Shown piece by piece: positions 11,232-22,709 of a stretch of DNA of 64,000 nt (within the stretch, counting starts at the first letter, position 1; each line of letters opens with the position of its first letter). Below the pieces are notes generated by a model. It ran no database searches. It had not been told where the DNA came from and was given only the letters and a program-made list of their open reading frames with translations. Both the position numbers and the translations under genes were made by a program. This stretch comes from Gekko japonicus (Eukaryota): positions 774,557 through 838,556 of the forward strand of contig NW_015173680.1 of assembly GCF_001447785.1 (NCBI RefSeq), given 5' to 3'.

Positions 11232-14200
11232 CTAGATGTCCTGATCCACCACCTTCCTTTTGGGGCGGCTTCGCACCAGTCGAGTGGAACCCTGCAATAG
11301 AAGGGGGGGAGGGAGATAAGGGGGCTGTCACTTAAACACCTGAGTCTCAAACAGAGAGTCAAAGTTCCAAGTCAGCCAGATAGATGGTGACGCTCCCCAC
11401 CACCACCATCAGTACCAAGGGATGCCACGTCAGATGATGGGCCTCCACCTGCATTGTGCATACACAGCAAGAGCCTTGTACAACCAATGGATACTTTACC
11501 TCCTTGGCTGAAGGCTTCCTCTTCACCACCCGAAGGCTCTGAGTCCTAGACAGTGGCTTGGAAATCAATGGGTCCCTGTTGCGGGCTTTGGAACCCGGGG
11601 AGAGCTGAGAATCGGACCAGCAGTCTTCCTCGTTGCTCTCATACTCCAGCTGTCGGGTAGCAGTCCTCTGTGCTATGTAGATCAAATACGGAGATTAATT
11701 CCCCAAGGCCCTGACTAGAATAATTCCATTCATACTAGGCACTGAAGGGCCATCAATGTACAAGAGCCATAATTTGCCTTTGCAAAACATCCAGGTTTGT
11801 CCTTTGGGAAATCCCCAGTAGGTACCCATAAGGTACCCATAAGGAAAGCAGCTCTCACTGGGTCTTGCCAGCATCATTTCAAACCCGGCACAATTTATAT
11901 CCACCCTCCAAGGAGCTCAGGACCAAGGAGCCTTTTAGTCTCACATCGAGGACAGAACTTTAGACTGCAAATCAAACATGGGGCTCCCAACCCTACGTTT
12001 CCCCAGGGAAGGTGGGGGGCCACACTTTCAGAGGACAAGCAGATTTAAACCGTTCCTTATGCTTGCTGATTCTCCCCCGCATGTTCCTCCTACTCAAATG
12101 CATCACTGTTTCTCTCCCTCGTCCCCAAGGCAAGGCCAGCCATGTTAAACCAACAGGGTTACTTGCAGGGGAGAACTGGCAAGCACAGAAAGGGTTAAGT
12201 GCACACACACACACACACTCCCCCAGGTCTGTGTTTGGGAAACCAGTTTGCCAGCATAGCACATGTTGTGCTCAGCCAAGGTCACCCAGGGAAGCTCTCC
12301 AGGCTGCATCAGCAGGGGCAACAAGGCCCCACCCTCGGCTTGCCTGGGACCAGGTGCCCACAGGGGCTCCTCCCCTCCCATTCCAGCTGGTCATCTGGCA
12401 ACTGATCTAAGGCGAGAAAAGAAGCATTTCCTTCTCCCCCTCCCTGTCCCCTTCTTCTACTTTGTGTATTATATTAGCCTGTCTCGAACACTGTGGCAGA
12501 CAAACAGGATATAGATAAAATCAAAAGCAAGGATTGCTGAACTGTGCTTCTTGGGCAACAGAAGGAGTCTTACTACAATCCCTGGGCCTCTGTTTTAAGG
12601 GGGGTTTATCTTGTTAGCTGCTCTTTCAAGGGTTCTTTTCCTGTTTGCATCTCCATACCAAGCCATTCAGGCCCTCCCACCTTCATTCCCCTGACATTCA
12701 GAACTTTAAGGAGCAGAGAAAACCACACAGATTGGCCAGGCTCTTACTTCTTGGCCGCCGCCGCTCCTGCTCCTCCGGGTAAAGGGGATCTGAAAAGTGA
12801 ACTGGGCTTGTGTCCGGAATGGAAGTCAGATCCTGCATGCTGAAGCTCCGCAGTCGGCCGGCCAGGGCGCCCTGACTCTGAAAGGGAGGAAATGGAGATC
12901 CACGTGGAGGAGAAGGTGCCATCTTCTAGCTAGCCTTCCAGAGGCAAAAAGGGTGCAGGAAGAATCCACAGTGGAGCTTACCAGAAGGAGGAGAAGCTGC
13001 CATCCACCACTAATGCATTTCACTATGATGAATTAACAATTTTAAAATTTCCACAGATAGGGAGTTTTGCTGATTATCCCTCCCAAAAGTGACCTCTGAT
13101 TCCCCCCCCCCGGTCAAGCAATTCCTGGGGGTTCTTTGTCCCCACAGCATTTCAGGGGGGGGCTGCTGCAAGTGCAGGAAATAAACAAGAATCACCCCTC
13201 CTCTTTGCATGCAAGGAAATTCTGGGCAGGATGCAAAGTCAGTGTACATATCCATTTGAAGGAGTACTGAAAGACTCATTGGGGTAGTGGATGTCCCAGA
13301 AACCTTGCGGATGGCATGAAAGAAGGCCATTATCTGAGAAGATCAAGCACTAGGAAGGCAACAGGCTCTGCAGATTCTGGCTAGCTGCCAACAAGGGCTC
13401 TCAAGTAATTGTTAAGAACTTAAGTGACTAAAGGGGGCAGGAAGCCAAGCCACTGCAGCCGCAGTGGTCCGTGTGGCAGGGAGAAGGAACAAGTTGAAAG
13501 CAGCTCCTCACCTCTCCATCCTGAGGTTCAGCAAGCCCTACTTCCAGGGAGATGGTGGACAGCAAGGAGACCCCACCACCAGATACGGCAGGACTTCACA
13601 TTCATCTCATTTCAAAGAGTCCAGAAGAAACAGGGTTACCTTTGCAGCAGCTTGGACAGCAGCTGTGGCCGCTACATTAAAGCTTCTCTTCCCAAAGCTC
13701 ACGAGGGTCTCGTAGCCACGTTCTTTGGCTTGAACAATGAACTGATCTATTTCCTGCAAAAAAAAGGGGGGGGGTAGAATGTAGCAGTGGAAAGCCATTT
13801 TGCTCACTGGCTGACTATGTTCACATGTGCCCAACACCACCCTTAAGGGTTTGTATCACAGCCGCCAGCGGTCACTGGAGAAAGGCTCACCCACTGGCCT
13901 TTCTGGATCCTCATGAGCAGTGCTCCTAGAAGGCCACATTCTGCCCACATGATACAGGCTTAAACATGTGCCTGTTTCCACACAGGATTTTAATCTGCCA
14001 CAGAGCCAACAGCAACAGCTTCCAGGACAGCAGATGAAGACCACTCTTGAATCCAGAAGAGAGCAAGCAGCTCAATGGATGCCAGATTTGGCATCCTCTT
14101 TGCCCACATGACAGCCTGGCCTCTTCTAGTACAAGCAGTGCTAGACAGTATTTACCTTCTCCGTGGATGCCAGTGCTAGACAGTATTTACTAAGCAGTGC

Positions 14201-17200
14201 TAGACAGTATTTACCTTCTCCTTGCTAGACAGCGTAGGATGTATGAACTTGCGGTACAGCAGGCTTGCCCCCCTCGTGTAAGGAGACAGGAGCCACACTA
14301 CAAAAGCCATCTTGATCTCGTAGTAGAAGGGAAACCTGGACAACAGGTGACATGACAAGGAGGTCAGTCTAGCTACAAGAGGACTTGAGAACGCTCAGCA
14401 CATCCAAGGAACTAATCTCCCAGTTTGGTGGAGCCTGCCAAGCAACCCAAAGGTTCTAGAGGATAATCTTAAAACTCTAGGGCATGTCTTGCTGCACTCA
14501 TGCGCCTGCTTCAGAAGTGCAGAGGTGGGTTGGAGCAAAAGAGCATTCCTTTCCAGTTAACACAGACATTGAATTTAAATGTGTTGTGCATGACCACAGC
14601 CATGTAGCAGTATATCTGTTAATTTGTGTAGTAAATTTAAGTGTATCCTTCTTCTTTTTTTAAACTAACTCACCCTTCAGCTGGAGAAACTTATCTGGTC
14701 TCTGGGCCAACTGAGGTGACCCTTCACATATGAGAGAGAGCCCAAGACTGACCGATACCATAGCAAATGAGGGGTGGATCAACCATCAGATGCTTCACTG
14801 CTGACCCAGATCATTCATCGGCCCACACCAGACCCAGAACAAGTGAGTCACATACAGTGGCCCAATTTGCACCTCAGCCCACACAAAATTGTCACCCATG
14901 GATCCATATTTCAGAATATATACACACACTCCTCCTTCAAAACCAAAATTACATCAATTGGTAAAAAGCCCCAAATTTGCAGTTCCTGACAAGCAAATTG
15001 TGATGAAGGGAGACTCACTGACTTGATACACATGAATTAATGGATCTCGTTTAGTGGAAAGTGCAATTGATTTGGGTCTTGTTACTAAACTTCACAGCTG
15101 CTCAGACTCTGCTGCCCGCATGATCATAGTATTTGAGTGGTCAGTCAAGTGGCAGCCAAGTATTTTTCACAACTTAGTAGAACACACAGTGACTCATACC
15201 CATTATAGAAAAGCCTACAGTGAAAGTTACAAGACTCTAATCAATAACTGCCATCGGGGGTCTGAAAATGGCAATGTTGACAAGAAATATAAACTCCCCC
15301 CAGGAACGGTTACATCAAAGGAATGACTAAGGCTTAAAATACAGAAATAGATTTTTAAAAGCACAGGTCAATGACAGTAATGTTAGCAACAGAATTTCAC
15401 ATTTTAGGTGCAGTGGCCACACAAGGAACACCAGAGATGGCCTAAATCCATGTGATTAAAAGCAGCCATTTCAACAGGCAGCAACATTGCAAAAGAGGCC
15501 ACTAAAGCTTGGTACTACACAGTCCAAAGACCCTCCCCTCCACTCTCTCAGCCATCAGCTTGGGAAGATTAAATCAGTTCCAAAAGGCTGCAAGGAACAT
15601 ATCCAACCAGAACCTTGGATCTTCTCGCCTATGGAGGCAAAAATCAGAAACTAATACTAAGCGTGACTTGCAGAACTGGAGAATGAAAGGAACAGCAACT
15701 GCTCACCAGGAAATGAAGATATCTGCAACAGTTTCTGTCGCCATGAAGAGGGCAAACACAATCCAATACATCATCCAGCGCACCTGTAAGGACATGAGGG
15801 GGGAAGGGTTAGAAGGCACTGACTTTCTCCTCCCCCTCCATAAACAGCAATAGGGTGGGGGAGAGAAGGCATCGCATAGCAGAACCTGGGCTCAGCCATT
15901 CCAGTATTTTACTTCAGGTGGGGGATGCTACATTCCCACTGAGCTGCCTCTCCACAGTGACTTACAAGTAAAAAACACCACCACAAAAGTTATAAGTTAT
16001 CAATACAAAAACAAAACAAGCCAACATACACAGTGTATGAGGCCCTTCTTAAACTAAAAAAACAAAGCACAATGATCATTGTTTTACAATAGGCAAGTTA
16101 AAATACACAGCCACAAAAAAAAATTGCATTAAAATGAGCTCACCTTATTATACAAAAAAAACTTTTCAACCTAATATAGAACCACACCCTGCAGCCAAAA
16201 TAATACCCAGGGCCAGAAGACAAGAGGTAGCTGCCCCAGGAATCATTGCTCACCCACCCCCTGCACCTTTGCTCAGAGACTCACAAGCTCCCCACCCCCA
16301 TGTGATCTTCCCACAACTATTTGGAAACAAGGAGCTTCCTCCATTGTTCTCGGTCCCAACTTACATATTCCCGGATATTCTTTGTTTTCACAGCCTTGTA
16401 GGAGGCATAGGCAGGATACAGCATCCCAAAGAGCAGCCTGTAACGGAAAGGAGGGGTCAGGCAGGCCGGCCACCACCTGTACAATCCTGCCAGCAGCCAG
16501 AGGCAGCCCCGCTGGCTCCAGCGTAGCAGTTTGGCCTGTGCTGCTTCCAAGAACACAGCAGCCCCAGAGGGGGATGCTTCCCTTTGCCCTGGAGCACAGG
16601 GGGAAGGCATAGCCCAGCCCAAATTGAGAGGCTTCCTGTCCTCCCTGCTGTCCTGGCAAGAGGGTGCCGGACCCTGCAGACCAGGCAGCACTGAAACAGG
16701 GCCAGGCAGAAGAAGCTACTCCCAAGGATAAGCTGATCATTAGGAGGCCTTCCCTTTCCCACGCACATGCCTGCTGTTGCACAACAGATGACAAGACCAG
16801 CTGTGCAAGGTTGGAGGCCATGCCTCCATGTGGTTGATCAAGAGGGTGGCCCAGGGCATCACTACCTTCTGCCTCCTAGAGGGGGAGCCAGGTGGCTTGG
16901 GGCAGTGGTTAAGAGTGTTGGTTCCCTTCTGGAAGACCCGGATTCAAATCCTTACTCCTCCACAAAGCTTGCTGGGTGACCCTGGGCCAGTCACGTATCC
17001 TCAAGCCTTCCAGGGTGGTTGTGACGGTAAAATGAAATGAGACTGGCATATACCAGCCTGAGCTCCTTGGAAGAAGGGTGGCATTAAAAATGTAGTAAAT
17101 AAATATAAAATTGCTCATATGCAAACAGCCTCAGCACTCCCAGCCAAGAGGCAAATTCTTACAGCAGAACAAGCCCTACTCTACCCTCTTTTATGGGGAG

Positions 17201-18629
17201 AGAAAAACAGATACTGGCAAGCACCCCCCCCCCTTTACTCTAGAGGCATAGGCTTTGGGGGATGATATTCAGGGGCTAGAGCCGGACAACATAATCCATA
17301 TTATTTGAGCTTGTATGAACAGGATCCCCATTCCAGAAGGTGCCAAACAGCTCTAGAAGCAGATCAGTCATTTGAGTCACTGCTGAAACAACTGACCATC
17401 TTCAGAGAGAGCAAGACAGAATTCAGGCAGGGTGCATGGGGAGGCTTAATATTTAAGATGATGCCAGAATTTAAAAAAAAAATAGTAGAGTGTAACTGTT
17501 CCTCATATGCCTGCTGAGAATTTAGGGCAAGACCAGACTGAACCAGAAGGGTGCAAGTTCAGGCCTGCTAAATCCTTCAAGCCTCTCCTCTGCGGGCAGG
17601 GCTGCCACTCCCTCGAGGTCAGCACCCGCACAGAGGTTGTGGGGTTGGGGGGGGCTCTTCAGTGTGAGAGGCCCAAAAGCAGAGCAGCATGACTGTGGAA
17701 GTAACTGCCAGACTCAAAACTTTCCATCAGTTGGCAATAAAGCAGGAGAGCCAACTGCCAAGGTGACCCACAAAATGGGGCCTGGGATTTTGCCACTCAG
17801 AGGCAAGGAAGTCAAGGCTGGGTGACCTGCCCACGCCAGCGCCTGGCAACCAACACCGAAGTTAGAGGCACTAGAGCGGCGGAAGTGTTTGTATGTTGAT
17901 AACATCTGAGCTGGCCAGAGTTCTTTCAGCCGCGCCGGAGGACTTAAAGGAGCAGGGATCTTTCTGGGCCGTCTTTTAGGAGTTGCTAGCAGCGGCGGCA
18001 AGGCTGCAACATACCCACATCGATGGCACCGCGGGAGAGAGGAGAAGAAGGGCGACGACGAAAGAGGGAAAGAAGGGGGGAGGAGAGGCAGGAGTGCCTT
18101 AACAGCAGGAGCCCAAGTTCAACGCCAACGCCGCCGCCTACCAGGCACGGGAACTGCTTTCCTCCGCCCCACTGGGAATGGCGGCAGTACGCGAACGCAG
18201 AACCGCCCGGCCCAGACCGCAGGTCGAAGCACCGAGTCGGTCTGGAGCGGCTCTTCAAACCAGCAAGGCTCCCGGTGAACAGCCGCAACGCGCAGCTCGG
18301 CCCGTCCACGTGTAGAAGGAGCCACGGAGGGATGCCGAGCTTTGCTGCAGCAAAAGGGGACCTTGGAGCAGGCCGGAGTGTTGGTGGGCTGAGAGCCAAG
18401 CCGGACAATAGCCTAGATCGACGCCGAGTTCGTGGCCTCCCTGGGTGGGGTTGGTGTCGTTAAGAAAACGGCAACGTTTAGCTAAGGCCCCGCTGTCTAC
18501 AAATACGTTTCTAGTCCCTGCTGTGTATGGAAGTTTCTGGGCTAAGCGGGCGAGGACTCAGAACAAATCTGCTCCCTCCGCCTCGCGACCGCCCACCCAG
18601 GGCGCATTACAACTCCTCCGCGAGACCAT
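11232..18629 (-). CDS. REEP4: Receptor expression-enhancing protein 4. Exons 2-8: 16437-16365, 15783-15707, 14335-14215, 13753-13640, 12877-12748, 11672-11500, 11291-11232. Exon 1 candidate starts at ATG 18629 (phase problem, see findings)
   Basis: Reads [24 protein letters not shown]|[26 protein letters not shown]|[40 protein letters not shown]|[17 protein letters not shown]...|[17 protein letters not shown]...|...[14 protein letters not shown]|[19 protein letters not shown]. Exon sizes 73/77/121/114 are typical of REEP1-4. Minus-strand ATTAAA at ~10415. Confidence 0.92.
14133..14221. repeat. Short tandem triplication of CAGTGCTAGACAGTATTTAC containing the REEP4 exon 4 donor
   Basis: Three copies near 14136, 14171 and 14195; two of them carry the exon-end sequence CCTTCTCC. 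Confidence 0.9.
16885..17105 (+). mobile_element. tRNA-derived CORE/Squam-type SINE in REEP4 intron 1
   Basis: A-box (GCAGTGGTTAAGAGTG), B-box (GGATTCAAATCC), GCTGGGTGACCCTGGGCCAGTCAC core, (TAAA)n tail. Confidence 0.7.
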
Positions 18630-19700
18630 GGCCGGCGCCGCTCCCTCGGAGCCGGAGAAAACCTCCCCGGGAATCCCTACGTTGTGTCGGCTCGACGGTT
18701 ACTGTTGCCGCTGGGCGCTTCCTTTCTTCCCATTCGCCGCCTTTCTCCCCACCCCTTGCAAACAGACCAATAGGAAGCGGCGGCGGAATCCTACCAGGCT
18801 TCGAACAGTTTCTTCCGCTGCTCGCGAGGGTTTTGTGCTCCTCTGAGACGAAGCTGTTGCAAAAGCCCTGGTGGCGGGGTCACAAACCACGTGCAGATGC
18901 AGATCTCGCCTGCCCTGGGCGTCAGAGACAGCCGGGCGTTCCGTGTAAGTAGAGCTTCCAGCCCGCCCCCCGCCACTGGCTGGGGATGGGGGACGACGAC
19001 GACAGGGTTGTCAGATCCAGGTTGGGAGAATCCTGGAGATTTGGGAATGGAGCCGGGGAGAACAGGGACTTCAGTGGATTGCAATGCCTTAGAGTCCACC
19101 CTCCAAAGTATCCGTTTTCTCCAGGGGAACTGATCTCTGTAGTCTGGAGAGGAGCTGTGATTCCAGGGGATCCCCAGGTCCCGACCCACCTGGAGGCTGG
19201 CATCCCTACGCCTAAGAAAACGGAGCGGTCTGGCTTGCGACGCCGAGCAACCCTTGGGCAAAATCGCCCTCATTCACAGGGAAGTGGGGAAAGGGGAAAT
19301 GATGCTCCATGGACAGGGTTGGATGAGACAGGGACTCCGCCCCCGCCCCCCTTGAAGCGCTGCACGTACTTCTCACGACCAGTTTGGCTGGCAAGTCTCG
19401 CGGCCGCTTGAGCTTTCCATCAGTGTAACGCGAAGAGATTCTCGGCGACCCGTTGGGAAGCAGCTAACCCGCGTGCGGGTCAGAAATCCGTGGCTACTGT
19501 GCTGGCTTGCCAGTCTTAAGGACACGCGCGCAGCTGTTTGGTGCACGTTGGAGCACTAGACGCCTAGCCCTTGCAGAGAGGCACAAGGAGGACGCTCTTT
19601 GTCTCGCCCGCATCGCGGCTGTGTAGTTTCCCAGCAGAAGTCGGCGTGTCCTGCGGTCGCTCTCGCCGGGCGTGTTAAGCAGGAGAAGCGTCCTGCGGAA
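17830..19700 (-). promoter_or_regulatory. CpG island / promoter of REEP4
   Basis: High CpG density; CCAAT at ~18768; E-box CACGTG at ~18888; strong Kozak-like GCCGGCCATGG on the minus strand at 18629. Confidence 0.7.
19003..19208. mobile_element. Blackjack-like MITE copy inside the REEP4 CpG island
   Basis: CAGGGTTGTCAG...CTGGCATCCCTA ends; same family as 4161 and 26792. Confidence 0.75.
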
Positions 19701-19929
19701 AGTCTAATAACCCAAACAAATGGTAACCATATAAACTGATCTTATTATTCCTGTTTGATCCTTGAATCTGTTAAACATCTAAATTATGCTGTATGATAAT
19801 TTACTGCTCACCCTCTACCTATATGTATGGACTGGTAATTTCCAATTTTGTTTCTGTCTCTGTCTTTAATTAGCCCTTACTAACCCTCTCCCACAGTCTC
19901 TCTTCCTATATGTAATGGCTGAGGAAATT

Positions 19930-20030
19930 CTGTTCCCCTGTATCTAATGAAGTGTGCTGGCACTCGAAGGTTTATACCTTTAATAAAACTTTGTTGGTCT
20001 TAAAGGTGCCACTGGACTCAAACTTTGTTA
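19930..20030 (+). mobile_element. Penelope-like retroelement pLTR remnant with a degenerate hammerhead motif
   Basis: 'CTAATGAAGTGTGCTGGCACTCGAAGG...AATAAAACTTTGTTGGTCTTAAAGGTGCCACTGGACTC'; related to the pieces at 49552 and 55765. Confidence 0.55.
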
Positions 20031-20419
20031 TGTTAATCCTAATGTAATTGGAGGTGGAGCGTCCTTTTTCAAGCTGTCCTGCAAAAGCTACAATAAAATG
20101 GAAAATGCATGTCCCTCACAGTCTCCTTTTCCTCATGACAACTATTCCACATATCAGTATTACCCATCTGGGGAAACCAGGTGTTTTTGACAGGGGAGGA
20201 ACATTGCCCCTCAGTTTCTTCCAGTCTTCTGTTTGACATGGTTCTGGGGTATTGTTCTTCTACATACTTCTTGCTTTTTTCTACACTACAATGACCAGCG
20301 TTGCAATGTATCTGTTATATATATCTGAGAGCTTGCACACTTTGTATCATTTTCGTTCTCCTTAATATTAAAAGGTATTACATAGCTTTTGTTTTTGGAT
20401 TTACACACACACACACATG

Positions 20420-20605
20420 TGGTGGAAAGTGCCCTCAAGTCACAGCTGATTTATGGCAACCCGGTAGGGTTTTCAAGGCAAAAGATGCCATTGCCCGCCT
20501 CCGCATCACAACTGTGGCAATCTTTGGAGGTCTCCCTTCCAAATACCAGCCAGGGTCAACCCTGCTTAGCTTCCAAGATCTAAGGTGACTGGGCTATCCA
20601 GGTCA
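20420..20605 (-). mobile_element. 5S rRNA-derived SINE fragment
   Basis: Minus strand GATCTTGGAAGCTAAGCAGGGTTGACCCTGGCTGGTATTTGGAAGGGAGACC resembles the 5S internal promoter region, followed by a non-5S SINE body. Confidence 0.65.
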
Positions 20606-20869
20606 GAGGAGAGAGAGAGAATCAGTCTGTATCACTGTGTAATATATCATTTGATCCACATTCATATAATGAAGCTCACTGCATTTACTTTATTGAAAAT
20701 GTATACCCTCCTCCCAGAGAAGTCTGCAAAAAAATACAAAACCAAAATCCATTTCAAGACACCATAAAGAGTGGTTAAGGCAAATAGCAGTGAATCAGCT
20801 GCTGCTTTTTGGTCAATACCTTCTGAGGAAACAGATCTGTATACTATATGAAATTGGGCAGTTTGTAGG

Positions 20870-21249
20870 CACTCCATGAAACTGCAGAGTGGTCGGGTTA
20901 GAACGGATAAAAGGAAGTACTTCTTCACCCAAAGAGTGATTAACACATGGAAATCACTGCCACAGGAAGTGGTGGCAGCTACAGGCATGGACGGCTTCAA
21001 AAGGGAATTAGATAAGCATATGGAGCAGAGGTCCATCAGTGGCTATTAGCCACAAGGTATAGATAGGGGCTCTGGGGCAAGTGATGCTCTGTCTTCTTGG
21101 TGCTTGGGGGGGTGCTTGGGGGGGGGGGTCCTGGCCCCACTGGTGGACCTCCTGATGGCACTGGTATTTCTGGCCACTGTGTGACACAGAGTGTTGGACT
21201 GGATGGACCTTTGGCCTGATCCAACATTGGCGTCTCTTATGTTCTTATG
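20870..21249 (+). mobile_element. CR1 LINE 3' end (5'-truncated)
   Basis: ORF2 tail 'HSMKLQSGRVRTDKRKYFFTQRVINTWKSLPQEVVAA'; ends in (TTCTTATG)n; near-identical to the inverted copy at 25558. Confidence 0.9.
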
Positions 21250-22000
21250 AAATATGAGGAAGGAAGGAGCTCTCCACACTTCTGCCCGAATGCTGCCTCA
21301 TGGTGTAAGAATAAACCCTCACTTCAAAGGGCAGAGAAACTATTAGAGTAGCCAAATGCACTTGGCAGATCACTGGAGCTACCTGAAGAGATCTGCTGGC
21401 TCATCTAGGTTGGCAGGCAGGTGGGATTAAGGTATATTTGAAAGGGCCCCATCCTTCTACCCAAGGCAGCTGACACAATTAAAACATCTAAAGAATGGAG
21501 ATTAAAGTGTAAATTAAAATAGTGACAACATCACCAACATTAGCAGAATTCTAAAACTAAATCCCTATATAAAAGCACCAAAACTAATCAGAAAAAAGCA
21601 CACCACCAATAAAAGCCAGTAAAACTAAAAAATATAGCAAAAGGTTTTTTTTAAACCCACAAAAAAATCAGCACTCAATTAGACTAAGTTCAAGCCTACT
21701 GCCTCACCAAAGGTCTTCCTGAGAAGAATGGCCTTCACCAGCCTCTGGAATGGGAGGCTGAGTGGGCATCTTGTGACTGGAAGTTCCAAAGTCTGGAAAG
21801 CTTGGATCAAAAAGCCCCCTCCTGAATTTCTCCCAACTGTAACTTGCTCAAGGTAGATGTGTCTTAGACCAAGGACAGGTTCCAGGGTGCAAAATTGGGC
21901 AGTTTGTAGGTAACTCCTCAGTATCGGGACTAATAATAGCAGCCATGCATGCATGAGAAGAAGGGTAATTTTAGCAAATGCCTACCCTAGCAGTGGTTCT

Positions 22001-22167
22001 GAATGCAAGGGTCCTGGAACACATGAACAAATATAGGGAAGCATAAAGCATCACTAAGCATTGGGTATGTTGCCAAGTCATTGGCAGAATGCAAGGGCCC
22101 TGGAACACATGAATATAGGGAAGCATAAGGCATCAACAAGCATTGGGTATGTTGCCAAGTCATTGGC
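22001..22167. repeat. Tandem duplication, ~85-bp unit, 2 copies
   Basis: GAATGCAAGGGYCCTGGAACACATGAA...CATTGGGTATGTTGCCAAGTCATTGGC occurs twice. Confidence 0.9.
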
Positions 22168-22302
22168 TGGAGAACTGTGAGAGGTTGAACCCCTTCCCTC
22201 CCTGCAAGAATGCCCAAATGGGAAGATCAGCCAGACTCAGCCATTGGTCAGAGGACTAACAAATGCAGAGTTTGCTTTCCCTTTCCAGAAAGAATGTCAA
22301 AG

Positions 22303-22709
22303 TGTTTTCATTCCTGCTAAAACATCTATTTTTAATCACCTCAAATAGAGCCCCTCCTCCATTTTTTCCTTCCATTCTCCTGATACTATAGATTTGTGGG
22401 CATAGCCTGTGTCCAGAAAAAATACAATCCTACATGTGTGCCTTCCACGTGTATGTATTGTTTGAACTTCAGAGCCATTTTGGAGGTCAGAGAGAAAAGG
22501 CATGTTTTCATTCCTTCTAAAACATCTATTTTTATCATCTCAAATAGAGCCCCCCACCCCACATTTTTTCCTTCCATTCTCCTGATACTATAGATTTGTG
22601 GGCATAGCCTGTGTCCGGGGAAAAACCAATCCTACATGTGTGCCTTCCACGTGTATGTATTGTTTGAACTTCAGAGCCATTTTGGAGGTCAGAGAGAAAA
22701 GGCATGTTT
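22303..22709. repeat. Tandem duplication, ~200-bp unit, 2 copies, upstream of SFTPB
   Basis: TGTTTTCATTCCT...GAGAAAAGGCA is repeated head to tail with few mismatches. Confidence 0.92.

Noticed and set aside
14133-14221. CRISPR-like direct repeats
   Set aside because: Eukaryotic intron, only three irregular copies, no spacers of constant length and no cas genes.
18010-18100. Micro-exon that would fix the REEP4 exon 1 phase (long pyrimidine tract plus GG|GTATGT donor on the minus strand)
   Set aside because: The tract ends in CCGCGG with no AG acceptor, so no exon can be supported.
17986-19411. Multiple 100-160 aa ORFs in the REEP4 CpG island
   Set aside because: GC-rich, stop-poor sequence and MITE-derived frames; no recognisable protein features.
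20520-20605. 5S rRNA gene
   Set aside because: Partial, diverged and fused to a SINE body; it is a 5S-derived SINE.
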